This document shows positions 1 to 8,926 of a DNA stretch of 64,000 nucleotides, in pieces. Every line of letters begins with the position of its first letter. Position 1 is the stretch's first letter. Source of the DNA: an archaeon. GTDB lineage: Archaea; Nanobdellota; Nanobdellia; Pacearchaeales; GW2011-AR1. The DNA lies in the NCBI GenBank assembly GCA_009992215.1, contig JAACWB010000005.1:16676-80675 (forward strand), written 5' to 3'. A program made the position numbers and the translations under genes. The notes under the pieces are model-generated. The model saw nothing but the letters and a program-made list of their open reading frames with translations, ran no database searches and was not told the DNA's origin.

Positions 1-979
1 CTAAAATGTTTGTTGAACCAAACCAGAATGCCAAACCTGAAATTGCTTGACCATTTACAAAGTGTCCTAGCCAAGTCGGGTGTCCTAGCCAATTTTCTAA
101 AAGTCCACCAAATAATTGTAAGTTTGCAATTAATGCCGCTGATAAAATTACTGGAATAACTGAAGCGTAGAAAAATGACAATGGCCATTTAACTCCGTAC
201 CCTCTTACTCTACCATAAGATAAAGGAATTTCAACTTTAAGAGATTGTGCCCAAACTACTGCTAAGAAAATTAAAACTGTTACAACTAATGCTGCTAGAG
301 CTGAAACGAATTCTATTGGGTACCTGCTAATAATTGATTGTAATAAAACTAAAATTTTACCTGAACAAGGGGTGTTTGCAAAATCAACTAAACAACTTTT
401 TCCTTGAACATCTACAAATTGGAATGCTGCTGTGAATAATCTCCACGAAACTCCTGCTGCAATAAATAAACTTACTCCTGAACCGAATCCCCATTTTTCA
501 CAGAGTTCATTCATGTAATAAATTGCAAGTCCACCAAGAATTAATTGGATTACAACAATTCCTGTGTAACCGGGCATTGCTTGAAGTCCATTCATTAAAA
601 CATAAACTAATGCTTCGAAAATAATAAAGAAGAAAACTAATAATTTTTGCAATCCTTGGAAGAATTTTTTACCTTCAACAGTTGATGTATCAATTTTAAT
701 AATTTCTGCACCAGTTAATAATTGTAAAATAATTGAGGCCATTACGATTGGACCAATACCAAGGGAAATTATTGAACCAAAATCTGTACCCATAATAATT
801 GCTAGATATTTGAATCTTTCAAGAGTGTTTGAAGCAAGGCCATATAAGGAGATATTTGCTAGAATAAAAAATGCTGCTAGAACAATTAAAGTCCATTTCA
901 ATTTAACGTTAAAACTAAGCTTTTTCTCTTCAGGCTTTGTTACCTCTGGAATAAAACTAAATATATCTCTTACTGCCAT
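1..979 (-). CDS. secY: Preprotein translocase subunit SecY (N-terminal part; C-terminus lies beyond the left window edge)
   Basis: Own translation from ATG at 979: MAVRDIFSFIPEVTKPEEKKLSFNVKLKWTLIVLAAFFILANISLYGL...FGSIISLGIGPIVMASIILQLLTGAEII, with the SecY TM2 signature GIGPIxxASIILQLL. The translated stretches (about the first 110 codons and the last 20 in-window) have no stop; the middle was not checked. Absent from the ORF track because it has no in-window stop. Confidence 0.85.
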   Translation of the reverse strand, partial: MAVRDIFSFIPEVTKPEEKKLSFNVKLKWTLIVLAAFFILANISLYGLASNTLERFKYLAIIMGTDFGSIISLGIGPIVMASIILQLLTGAEIIKIDTSTVEGKKFFQGLQKLLVFFFIIFEALVYVLMNGLQAMPGYTGIVVIQLILGGLAIYYMNELCEKWGFGSGVSLFIAAGVSWRLFTAAFQFVDVQGKSCLVDFANTPCSGKILVLLQSIISRYPIEFVSALAALVVTVLIFLAVVWAQSLKVEIPLSYGRVRGYGVKWPLSFFYASVIPVILSAALIANLQLFGGLLENWLGHPTWLGHFVNGQAISGLAFWFGSTNIL

Positions 980-1025
980 AACCAGTAAAAAGGATTTTAC
1001 TTTTTAAAGGTTACTCGTATGTTGA

Positions 1026-1625
1026 TTATTCGAAAAATTTGTTGAAAAAATCATCGAGGTTTCTTGTTTTAAGAGGCATTTGTGAATTTGTTAAAAAAAC
1101 TACTTTATTTGGGAAAATAGTATATTGTTCTCTCATCCTAGCCCAAGTATTTAATGAAATTTGTTTTATTGGTACTATCTTTCTTGCCGTCGTATTTTCT
1201 TTTATTTCAGAAATAGCATTCGATAAACACAATCCATTATACATCCCTCCAACAAAAATGTTTTTGTTTGAAAAATAATTTAATTCTTGTTTTTTGTAAG
1301 GGTCACCACAAGAACCATTTGTAAAAATTACTTTATCAAAGAAATGTTTCTCAACTAATTCTGAAGTTAATTTTGCGTAGTGACTTGGCTCTTCGTATAA
1401 AACGATAGACAAATTTTTTCTTTTTGAGTTGTAAATTTTATCTAAATTTGCAGAATACGTTTCAAATTCATCTACTTTTGACATATATTCTCCATTTAGT
1501 TTGCAAAAATAAGGATGAACAAGAACCAAGCAATTTTTTGAATTTGAATCTGTGCAATTTTCTTTTGCATGTTCTTCTAAGAGCGGAATATTTGAATAAT
1601 ATTCTTGTTTATTAAAAGGCAACAT
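1026..1625 (-). CDS. Hypothetical protein (199 aa) inserted between rpl15 and secY
   Basis: Complete ORF. TATA-like ATCTTTTATAACTT on the minus strand (1643-1656) about 20-30 nt upstream of the ATG. IFVGGMYNGLCLSNAI vaguely recalls isochorismatase-like hydrolases but is not diagnostic. Confidence 0.5.
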   Translation of the reverse strand: MLPFNKQEYYSNIPLLEEHAKENCTDSNSKNCLVLVHPYFCKLNGEYMSKVDEFETYSANLDKIYNSKRKNLSIVLYEEPSHYAKLTSELVEKHFFDKVIFTNGSCGDPYKKQELNYFSNKNIFVGGMYNGLCLSNAISEIKENTTARKIVPIKQISLNTWARMREQYTIFPNKVVFLTNSQMPLKTRNLDDFFNKFFE

Positions 1626-1707
1626 AAGATTGTCTTGGAATTAAGTTATAAAAGATTATTGGTGTTCAAAACAATAAAATATTAAAGCCCCAAATCCATA
1701 AACTAAT

Positions 1708-1965
1708 ATGATTAAAAAAATAGCGAATAACATTTATTTGAAATTACAAAATTTTTTTCAAATTTCAACACCTTGCACAACTTATGAATCGGATTTATTG
1801 ATAAAAACACTTGGAGGATTTCCAAGACAAGAAGATATTGATGGAATTAATTATTTAGTTTTAGGGAATACTTATTATATTCCACAATTTGGAGAAAAAA
1901 ATCAAAGTTATAAAATTATGAAAGAAGGTAAACTCATAGATTTAATTGACGAAAACAAAAAATAA
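1708..1965 (+). CDS. Hypothetical small protein (85 aa)
   Basis: ORF divergent from 1026-1625 and converging on the rpl15 stop with a 2-nt gap. No recognisable motif. Confidence 0.35.
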   Translation: MIKKIANNIYLKLQNFFQISTPCTTYESDLLIKTLGGFPRQEDIDGINYLVLGNTYYIPQFGEKNQSYKIMKEGKLIDLIDENKK

Positions 1966-1967
1966 AG

Positions 1968-2459
1968 TTATTCTTTCTTTTTCTTAGGGTGTTCAACCAA
2001 AGGAGTTATGATTTCTTTAACTTCTTTAACTGTCACACTTCCACCAGCAGCTTCAATCTTTTCTATTGCTACTTTTGATGCTTCAAGACAGTTTACAGTT
2101 AATTTTTCTTTTACTTCTCCAGTTCCTAAAATTTTATATTTAGGTAAATTAATTTCGTAACCGTCTTTAGTTTTTTTAGCATATTTGTCTAAGTGATTCA
2201 TCAAGTCGAATAAATTGATTCTAAGTCTTGTGTCTCTTTTTGTTCCACGAGAAGTTACTCCTTGTTTACCGAAGTAATCGTGTCCGTACAAATTTAAGAT
2301 TAAAGTTTTTTTATGATCTGCTCTCTTACCAGTACCACTCATACCAATTCCACCTTTGTGTCCTGATTTTTTTCTTTTCTTTCTAGCTCCTCCACCGTGA
2401 GTTCCCATTCCTCTTCCGTGCATTCTACTAGCTTTTTTTCTTTTTACTAATCTTGTCAT
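1968..2459 (-). CDS. rpl15: 50S ribosomal protein uL15
   Basis: Gly/Lys-rich N-terminus RMHGRGMGTHGGGARKKRKKSGHKGG. Canonical position after L30. Confidence 0.9.
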   Translation of the reverse strand: MTRLVKRKKASRMHGRGMGTHGGGARKKRKKSGHKGGIGMSGTGKRADHKKTLILNLYGHDYFGKQGVTSRGTKRDTRLRINLFDLMNHLDKYAKKTKDGYEINLPKYKILGTGEVKEKLTVNCLEASKVAIEKIEAAGGSVTVKEVKEIITPLVEHPKKKKE

Positions 2460-2460
2460 T

Positions 2461-2814
2461 TTATAACATCCTTAAAATTAATTCATTTATTTCTTTGTTT
2501 TCTCCCAAAATACCTTTTGGATAATGGAATTTAGTATTAGCTCCGCCTCTTGGAGGGTGTAATCTAAAGAAAGGTTTTAAATTTCCTTGAGTATCTTTTT
2601 TTCCTCTTTCTTTTACTAATTTTTCATAAGTTTCTTTTGAAATTTCACCGTATGAAATAAAGTTTCTCATTTTTTTAATCATTCCAAGTTGTGCTTCATT
2701 TGGATTTTCAAGAACAACACAAGCATATTTTTTTCTAAGTCTTAATCTTGATAAAGTTTCAACTACTTCTTTGTTCAAATTGATTTGTCCTCTAATTCTT
2801 ATTGCTGCTATCAT
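2461..2814 (-). CDS. rpl30: 50S ribosomal protein uL30
   Basis: MIAAIRIRGQINLNKEVVETLSRLRLRKK matches the L30 N-terminus. Synteny S5-L30-L15. Confidence 0.85.
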   Translation of the reverse strand: MIAAIRIRGQINLNKEVVETLSRLRLRKKYACVVLENPNEAQLGMIKKMRNFISYGEISKETYEKLVKERGKKDTQGNLKPFFRLHPPRGGANTKFHYPKGILGENKEINELILRML

Positions 2815-3650
2815 TTTCTATTTGTCTCCTTTAATGCTTCAATACAAGCTTTAGCCAAGTTGAAAGTTGTTCTAACTTTACCACTTGTTTTTGAATAAAC
2901 ATCTTTGATTCCTGCCATTTTTAAAATCTTTTGTAATTCTCTAGCACAAACTAAACCAGTACCTTGTGGAGCAGGAATTAATTCTACTGTAACACTTCCT
3001 GATTTTCCTTTTACAACGAATGGAACAGTGTGTTTTTCAGAACAGTTGCAATCAAAAGCTGCGCATCCTCTTGATACTTTAATTACACTTAATTTTGCTT
3101 TTCTTGTTGCTTTATCTCTTGCAGGCAGAGTTTCTCCTGATTTTCCAACACCAATTCCAACATGACCATTTTCGTCTCCAGCTACAGCCATTGCTGAAAA
3201 AGTTAAAACTCCTCCTTCTTGAGTAATTCTTTGAGTTTGTCTCCAGGCTCTTCTTTTTCCACCACCAAACTTACCTTTAGCTTGACCTTGTGCAATTAAA
3301 TCTACTTTTGGTGAAATTAATTTGTCAACAATTTCAGATTCAAGAATCTTTTGATCATTATCTAAAATTTCATCAATGCTTTTTATTTTTCCTGATTTAA
3401 CATCTTTACCTAATTTTGTTTTTGGTTCCCAAGCTAAAACAATTTCTTCAGTAGTTGGTTCGTATCTTCCTCTTCTTTGAGGAACTTTTTTTTCAACTTT
3501 TTCTTCAACTATTTCGTCGATTGATTCAATTTCTTCAACGGCATCTAATAATTCTTCAGTTACTTCTTTAACTTTCTCTGCTTTTTTTAGAGCTTTTTCA
3601 ACTGAAACTGTTCCGTGCGCTTTTGCTGTTTTTTTAATATCTTCTTTCAT
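2811..3650 (-). CDS. rps5: 30S ribosomal protein uS5 with an acidic N-terminal extension
   Basis: Core FSAMAVAGDENGHVGIGVGKSGETLPARDKATRKAK. About 70 aa of Glu/Lys-rich sequence precede it. Confidence 0.9.
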   Translation of the reverse strand: MKEDIKKTAKAHGTVSVEKALKKAEKVKEVTEELLDAVEEIESIDEIVEEKVEKKVPQRRGRYEPTTEEIVLAWEPKTKLGKDVKSGKIKSIDEILDNDQKILESEIVDKLISPKVDLIAQGQAKGKFGGGKRRAWRQTQRITQEGGVLTFSAMAVAGDENGHVGIGVGKSGETLPARDKATRKAKLSVIKVSRGCAAFDCNCSEKHTVPFVVKGKSGSVTVELIPAPQGTGLVCARELQKILKMAGIKDVYSKTSGKVRTTFNLAKACIEALKETNRK

Positions 3651-3651
3651 T

Positions 3652-4155
3652 TTATTCTTTATCTATACTTGATTTAATTTTGTCGAACGTTTTTGTAAAA
3701 TCTTCCTTTAAGTGTTCACCTTTGATTCTTTCTTCTTCAGGGAAAGCTTCCTCTTGACAAGCAATATCTAAACCTGAATCGATTGCTCCTTTAAGGAAAG
3801 CGAATAATTTTGTTTTATGTAAAACTCTTAACATTCCAAAGTCTACAATCGGATTTTCTAATTTTTGTTTTTGAATTTGTTTACCCATCAAATATCCAGT
3901 TAAGTATGAAGCTGTTAATGACTTTAAACTTCCTTTCATTTTTTCAGGCCAACCGAATTTTAACAATTTTTTTGATGTGATTCCAATTACAATTTTATCT
4001 TTTGCTTCGTCACTTACAACATATTGTGCAATTATTGAAGTGTTAGTTTTTCTAAAAACTAATCTTGGTTTTTCACTTTTCAGTAATTTTAATCTGTGTA
4101 AATAGTCAGTTTTACATTCTTTTCTTCTTCTTCTAATAGTTTTTTTCATTCTCAT
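3652..4155 (-). CDS. rpl18: 50S ribosomal protein uL18
   Basis: RRRRKECKTDYLHRLKLLKSEKPRLVFRKTNTSIIAQ; synteny. Confidence 0.9.
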   Translation of the reverse strand: MRMKKTIRRRRKECKTDYLHRLKLLKSEKPRLVFRKTNTSIIAQYVVSDEAKDKIVIGITSKKLLKFGWPEKMKGSLKSLTASYLTGYLMGKQIQKQKLENPIVDFGMLRVLHKTKLFAFLKGAIDSGLDIACQEEAFPEEERIKGEHLKEDFTKTFDKIKSSIDKE

Positions 4156-4559
4156 TTTCTAAGTCCCTCGATATAAAGTTTTAAATTTGCTTTACTTTTG
4201 AATGCTCTGTTTCTAATTCTTTTTCTAATTTCAGTAACTTCCTCACTTGAAAGTTTACCTTGCTTTTTTAATTCTGAAACAAAAGCTCTTAATTTTCTTG
4301 TTATAATAACATATTCTTGTTTTCTTTTATTAACCTTTAGTTTTACTTTTCCTGTTCCTCTTCTATTTTTTCTTGAAACATTTGTTTTTCTTCCTTTAAC
4401 ATCTTTAATTACAATAGCTCCTGCTGTTTGTAAATCTCTTAAATCTTGTTTTGTGATTGCTTCTTTTATTTCATTTACTCTTTCAGGCACAAAATTTATT
4501 TTTTCTTTTCCTACTTTGAAAGTTTTACTTGCTAATTCTTTTTTCTTTGATAAGTTCAT
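4152..4559 (-). CDS. rpl19e: 50S ribosomal protein eL19
   Basis: Lys/Arg-rich archaeal L19e pattern. 4-nt overlaps with both neighbours. Archaeal synteny L32e-L19e-L18. Confidence 0.9.
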   Translation of the reverse strand: MNLSKKKELASKTFKVGKEKINFVPERVNEIKEAITKQDLRDLQTAGAIVIKDVKGRKTNVSRKNRRGTGKVKLKVNKRKQEYVIITRKLRAFVSELKKQGKLSSEEVTEIRKRIRNRAFKSKANLKLYIEGLRK

Positions 4560-4957
4560 TCTTTCTTCTCCTTAGTTTTTAATGATTTCAAAAATGAATC
4601 AACGTTAATATTTTTTAATTCAATTTTTAATTCTTTAGCTTTTTTTGCAATTTCAATTTTTTTCTTTTGTCCAACTCTTGCAACAAAACCAATTTGTCCT
4701 TCTCCAACATTTTGTAGGTCTGCCACGTTGTTTATTACAACTGGTTCTTTCTCGTTAAGTAATCCACGAACTTTCTTGTCAGTAGAATAACCAATTGAAA
4801 CAACTGCTCCGTATCCACGTTTCTTTTCTCTTAATTTGTTGTGTCTACCTGTTGGTTTTCTCCACTTTGCTTTTTTTCCAATAGCATTCCCAAATTTTGA
4901 GTATCTTCTACATTCTCTTCGTAAAAATTTTACCATTTTTTTAAATCTCCTTTCCAT
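4556..4957 (-). CDS. rpl32e: 50S ribosomal protein eL32 (start may be the second ATG at 4936)
   Basis: KWRKPTGRHNKLREKKRGYGAVVSIGY. The ATG at 4936 would remove the overlap with rpl6. Confidence 0.85.
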   Translation of the reverse strand: MERRFKKMVKFLRRECRRYSKFGNAIGKKAKWRKPTGRHNKLREKKRGYGAVVSIGYSTDKKVRGLLNEKEPVVINNVADLQNVGEGQIGFVARVGQKKKIEIAKKAKELKIELKNINVDSFLKSLKTKEKKE

Positions 4958-5483
4958 TCTTTTTAATTATATAAATTCCATCTTGAAAGATTCTTTTATC
5001 TCTTCCTCGAATTTTTGTTGCTGCTTCAAATTTTGCAGAACAGTTTCCTGCAAGTTCTTTATTTACAGATTTTACAAAAATCATGTTTTTGTCAATTTCA
5101 ACATCTGTACCGGCAGTTAAATTAACAACTCTATCAACTTTTTCACCAAGGAAATTTTTTATGATTGCTTTGTTTCCTTCTTTCTTTACAGTGAAAGGGA
5201 AGTGTCCAAAACAAATTTTTAATTCATAAACAAATTTTTCTTGTACTCCTTTAATCATGTTTTCAATGTGAGCTGCGATTGTGTTCATTAATTTTTTTTC
5301 AGTTTTAGTTGATTTTTCATTTCCTAAAGTTAATTTGTTTCCAACTAAAGTTGCATTAACTCTACCAAACTTGAATCTTCTAGTAATTTCTCCTTCTTTT
5401 CCTTTTATTGTTAATGTGTCACCTTCTAAGTTAGCACTAACACCTTCGGGAATTTCAATTGTTACGTTTAAATCTTTTTTCAT
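4941..5483 (-). CDS. rpl6: 50S ribosomal protein uL6
   Basis: IEIPEGVSANLEGDTLTIKGKEGEITRRF; synteny S8-L6. Confidence 0.9.
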   Translation of the reverse strand: MKKDLNVTIEIPEGVSANLEGDTLTIKGKEGEITRRFKFGRVNATLVGNKLTLGNEKSTKTEKKLMNTIAAHIENMIKGVQEKFVYELKICFGHFPFTVKKEGNKAIIKNFLGEKVDRVVNLTAGTDVEIDKNMIFVKSVNKELAGNCSAKFEAATKIRGRDKRIFQDGIYIIKKNGKEI

Positions 5484-5484
5484 T

Positions 5485-5865
5485 TTAGTAAAAGTATGCT
5501 ACTAAGCAACCTCCAATTTGTTCTTCTTGTGCTTCTTTATGTGTCATTAAACCTTTGTTTGTTGAAAGAATCACAATACCTAAATTTCTTGCAGGAAGAT
5601 ATCTTCTCCTATATTTTTCAATTTGAGATTTGTCACAACTAAATCTTGGTTTAATTGCTTTACATTCAGTTAAATCTCCGATTGTTATTTCTAAAGTTTT
5701 TTCCTTTGAATCTATTTTATATTTTTTAATTGCTCCTTCTTGCTTCATAATTTTTAATACTTCGATTAACAAATTTGAAATTATTTTTACTTTTACAACT
5801 TCTTTGTTTGCTTTCTTAGCATTTCTTATCATGTTTAGTGCATCAGCAACTATATCGTGTGACAT
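5485..5865 (-). CDS. rps8: 30S ribosomal protein uS8
   Basis: DIVADALNMIRNAKKANKEVV and the C-terminal GGCLVAYFY. Confidence 0.9.
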   Translation of the reverse strand: MSHDIVADALNMIRNAKKANKEVVKVKIISNLLIEVLKIMKQEGAIKKYKIDSKEKTLEITIGDLTECKAIKPRFSCDKSQIEKYRRRYLPARNLGIVILSTNKGLMTHKEAQEEQIGGCLVAYFY

Positions 5866-5877
5866 TTTATTTTCCTC

Positions 5878-6108
5878 CTATGAATATTTTTTGAAACCAA
5901 TTTCTTCAGCTACTTCTCTGAAGCAGTGTCTACAAAGGTTAATTCCATATGATTTTATGTGGGCACCATATCTGCCGCATCTTTCACATTTCTTCGCTGC
6001 AATACCAATTTTTCTTTCTTTTGGTTTACAGTGTTTTAGGAATTTTTCCTTCACAGCTGGTTTTGCGTTTAATTGTTTAAAGTAGTTTTCCCAATTACTT
6101 GCTGTCAT
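5878..6108 (-). CDS. rps14: 30S ribosomal protein uS14 (zinc-binding type)
   Basis: [25 protein letters not shown] gives a CxxC...CxxC pattern. Located between L5 and S8. Confidence 0.85.
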   Translation of the reverse strand: MTASNWENYFKQLNAKPAVKEKFLKHCKPKERKIGIAAKKCERCGRYGAHIKSYGINLCRHCFREVAEEIGFKKYS

Positions 6109-6109
6109 T

Positions 6110-6619
6110 TTATATGAATTGTGTTTGGAAGTGTTCTTCCATGAATTTAATTATTTCTTCACGAGTTATAACTTGTCTTTTTGGGATTTTCCCTTGTTTT
6201 ATTTTTCTTAATCTTACTCTTCTTCCTGCTCTTTTGAAAACAATTGTTACATCAAAACCCATAATACCAATATCTCTTTGATATTCAACACCTGGAATTT
6301 CAATATATTCTTTTACACCGAATGAAAAATTATTTTCACTCACTTGTTTTCTTTTGATTGTGTTGTTAATTGCAAGTAAACATCTTTTTATCATGTCTTC
6401 AGGATTGTTTCTTATTGTTATTACTGAACCAATTTCTAAACCCGGTCTAACTCCTAGTGAAGGAATTCTTTTTCTTGATTTTGTTTTTGCTGGTTTACCT
6501 TCAGTTAAAAATTTTAATAATCTATGTCCTCTCTCTAAGTATTCTCCTGTTCCACCTATACTTAAAACAACTTTCTCAATTTTTATTTCCCTCATTGGAT
6601 TAATTTTTTGTTCTTTCAT
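6110..6619 (-). CDS. rpl5: 50S ribosomal protein uL5
   Basis: [20 protein letters not shown]; synteny. Confidence 0.9.
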   Translation of the reverse strand: MKEQKINPMREIKIEKVVLSIGGTGEYLERGHRLLKFLTEGKPAKTKSRKRIPSLGVRPGLEIGSVITIRNNPEDMIKRCLLAINNTIKRKQVSENNFSFGVKEYIEIPGVEYQRDIGIMGFDVTIVFKRAGRRVRLRKIKQGKIPKRQVITREEIIKFMEEHFQTQFI

Positions 6620-6620
6620 T

Positions 6621-7265
6621 TTATTCTGTTACCATTAATTGTTTAATTAAAACTTTGAAACTTTGATCTTTTGTGGCTAGTTCAACCATTTGTTTATCTT
6701 CTAACATACTTGTAATAACACCTTTTGAACCAGCGTGCTTTCCCCCGATAATTAAAGCATTTGCTTTTTCTTTTAGAGGTAAAACTTTTGAAATTTCATT
6801 TTTTTCTAAGTCGATTAAAACTGAATCATTAACTTTGCAATCAACTGTTGATAAGTAGTTTCTACCGTCGTATAAGTTCAATTGTGTTTTCTTTCCTTTC
6901 ATTGATTTCTTTCCAATGATTTTTGAAACTTTGAATTTTGCTTCTTTATCAGTTATTTCATCAATTGCATATTTTCCTTTTTCATTTAGTACTAATCTAT
7001 ATGATTTTTTTTCTGGAATTATTGTTAAAGTGTCGAACAATTCAAGACTCTTTTTTTCATCATTAACTAATTTAGTTCCGATAACTAAGTTTTTTTCGTG
7101 AATTGCTAATTTTACTTCTTTTCTTGTTTGTGCCAATTTCATCATGTCTCTAAGTACAACTAAAATTGGAACACCATTTCCGTTTTTCTTTATTACAAAA
7201 GTTGTTCCTTTTCTTGGAATTGGCCAAGTTTTTGGTGCTGAATTTCTTTTTTGATGAGTTTTCAT
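6621..7265 (-). CDS. rps4e: 30S ribosomal protein eS4
   Basis: HQKRNSAPKTWPIPRKGTTFV; archaeal synteny L24-S4e-L5. Confidence 0.9.
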   Translation of the reverse strand: MKTHQKRNSAPKTWPIPRKGTTFVIKKNGNGVPILVVLRDMMKLAQTRKEVKLAIHEKNLVIGTKLVNDEKKSLELFDTLTIIPEKKSYRLVLNEKGKYAIDEITDKEAKFKVSKIIGKKSMKGKKTQLNLYDGRNYLSTVDCKVNDSVLIDLEKNEISKVLPLKEKANALIIGGKHAGSKGVITSMLEDKQMVELATKDQSFKVLIKQLMVTE

Positions 7266-7693
7266 TCTGTCTTTTCTCCTTCCTTATTTATTGGTTTAGT
7301 TTCCTTTTTAGGTGTTTTGGTTGTGATTGATTTGAATCTCTTTTTGTCGTCAAGATTCAATTCAATTATTTGTAAATTCGACGATCTTACAGGTACATCT
7401 ACCATTGAACCATCTTGTTTTTTTGTTTGAATTCCTTCAATATAAATTTTTTGTAATTTGATTAACACTTTCGTTACTTTACCTTCTTTGCCTTTGAATT
7501 TTCCTCGCATAATTTTAACTTTATCTCCTTTTCTAACTACAATATTTCTTGTAGAATATTTTTCTCTAAGAGCCTTGATTAAATTTACACTTAGGAATTT
7601 TCTTTTTTTGTGAATTGGTGCGTTAGCTAAATATTTTCTCTGTTTTCTTGGTTTACTACTTCCAACCCATTTGTTTGAATATGCTTTTTTCAT
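7262..7693 (-). CDS. rpl24: 50S ribosomal protein uL24
   Basis: KOW motif VRKGDKVKIMRGKFKGKEGKV. Confidence 0.9.
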   Translation of the reverse strand: MKKAYSNKWVGSSKPRKQRKYLANAPIHKKRKFLSVNLIKALREKYSTRNIVVRKGDKVKIMRGKFKGKEGKVTKVLIKLQKIYIEGIQTKKQDGSMVDVPVRSSNLQIIELNLDDKKRFKSITTKTPKKETKPINKEGEKTE

Positions 7694-7694
7694 T

Positions 7695-8096
7695 TTAATA
7701 CATCATTGAAGCGATTTTTGCTACTTGTGGCCATCGCTCTAAAACCTCCTTTGATACTGGTCCTTTAATTTGAGTTCCTTTTGGATTTCCTTTTTCATCT
7801 TTAAGTAAAGCTACTGCGTTGTCTTCGAAAGCTACTCTTTCTCCAGTTAGTCTTCTCCAAGATTTTTTTTGTCTAATTAAAATTGCGTCAAAAACTTTTC
7901 CTTTCATATCTGGATTTCCCTTCTTTACAGCTACTTTAACCCAGTCTCCAACTTTTGCACATTGTTGTTTTCCTTTTCTTCCTTTTCCTCTTTTAACTGA
8001 AACTATTCTTACAATTTTAGCTCCAGAATTATCTGCTGCAATCATTTTTGCACCGATGTTAATTCCTGCTGTTGTTCTTGAACTTACTGCTTTCAT
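7695..8096 (-). CDS. rpl14: 50S ribosomal protein uL14
   Basis: ADNSGAKIVRIVSVK...GDWVKVAVKKG; synteny. Confidence 0.95.
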   Translation of the reverse strand: MKAVSSRTTAGINIGAKMIAADNSGAKIVRIVSVKRGKGRKGKQQCAKVGDWVKVAVKKGNPDMKGKVFDAILIRQKKSWRRLTGERVAFEDNAVALLKDEKGNPKGTQIKGPVSKEVLERWPQVAKIASMMY

Positions 8097-8097
8097 T

Positions 8098-8454
8098 TTA
8101 TTTTTTTAATTCCTCCGCACTTTTCAATTTTTCAACAACCACGAAGTGAATAATTTTACTTAATGGTCTACATTCTCTGATTTTTATCAAATCTCCCAAG
8201 TTAACTTCTTTTTCCATACATACTGGAAGTCTTGCGTGCATCTTAGTTTTTGATTTTGTATATCTTTCGTATTTCTTTACATAGATCATTCTATCAAATT
8301 CAATTGCAATTCTTTTATCGTGTTTTGATACTACAGTTCCCTTGAAAGTTCTACCTCTAGTTTTCAAGTGCCCGTGAATTGGACAATCTTTGTCAGTGCA
8401 TACTACGTTTGTTTTTTCTTCTTTCATTTTTTTTGTTTCCTTTGTTTTTGTCAT
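8098..8454 (-). CDS. rps17: 30S ribosomal protein uS17 (start placed at the internal ATG at 8454)
   Basis: CPIHGHLKTRGRTFKGTVVSKHDKRIAIEFDRMIYVKKYERY. The longer track ORF (to 8568) overlaps the SUI1 gene by more than 100 nt. The ATG at 8454 sits 1 nt after the SUI1 stop. Confidence 0.85.
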   Translation of the reverse strand: MTKTKETKKMKEEKTNVVCTDKDCPIHGHLKTRGRTFKGTVVSKHDKRIAIEFDRMIYVKKYERYTKSKTKMHARLPVCMEKEVNLGDLIKIRECRPLSKIIHFVVVEKLKSAEELKK

Positions 8455-8455
8455 T

Positions 8456-8752
8456 TTATTCAATTGATTCTTCGTCAAACCCAAGTTTAACGAGGATTGA
8501 TTTTGTTCGTTTTGTGTGGTCTCCTTGTAATTCAATGATGTTATCCTTACTTGTTCCTCCGCAAGCAAGCTCGTTTTTTAGCTCCTTTGCGATTTTTTTA
8601 ACATCGATTGTGTTATCGAAACCTGTGATCACAGTAACAACCTTCCCGTATCTTTTTTTGTCTGTTGTTACCCTTATTCTTTGTGAACTTTTTGTGATTT
8701 GTTCACAAACACATGCTGGAGTTGGTAATCCGCATTTTGGACATATTTCCAT
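8456..8752 (-). CDS. Translation initiation factor SUI1/aIF1
   Basis: N-terminal Zn knuckle CPKCGLPTPACVCE, then RIRVTTDKKRYGKVVTVITGF...LKNELACGGT (SUI1 fold pattern). Confidence 0.85.
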   Translation of the reverse strand: MEICPKCGLPTPACVCEQITKSSQRIRVTTDKKRYGKVVTVITGFDNTIDVKKIAKELKNELACGGTSKDNIIELQGDHTKRTKSILVKLGFDEESIE

Positions 8753-8754
8753 AG

Positions 8755-8925
8755 TTAATTTATTGTGTGTAGCCTTGCGATGGCTTTTTTAATTTCTTTT
8801 GCTTTTGAACTTCCTTGGCCAGTTTTAGCTTTAGCCTTTACTAATTCCAATTTTAGTTCTTTTAATTTCTTTTCTTTTTCTTCCTTTTTCATGTCTTTAA
8901 TTTGTTTTGCTTTTAATATTGCCAT
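8755..8925 (-). CDS. rpl29: 50S ribosomal protein uL29 (56 aa, below the ORF-track cutoff)
   Basis: Own translation: MAILKAKQIKDMKKEEKEKKLKELKLELVKAKAKTGQGSSKAKEIKKAIARLHTIN. Fits the L29 pattern and the slot directly after rps3. Confidence 0.75.
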   Translation of the reverse strand: MAILKAKQIKDMKKEEKEKKLKELKLELVKAKAKTGQGSSKAKEIKKAIARLHTIN

Positions 8926-8926
8926 T

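Noticed and set aside
8455-8568. The long N-terminal extension of the S17 ORF (MLAEEQVRITSLNYKETTQNEQ...)
   Set aside because: It overlaps the well-supported SUI1 gene by more than 100 nt in another frame. An internal ATG at 8454 gives a normal-length S17 directly after the SUI1 stop.
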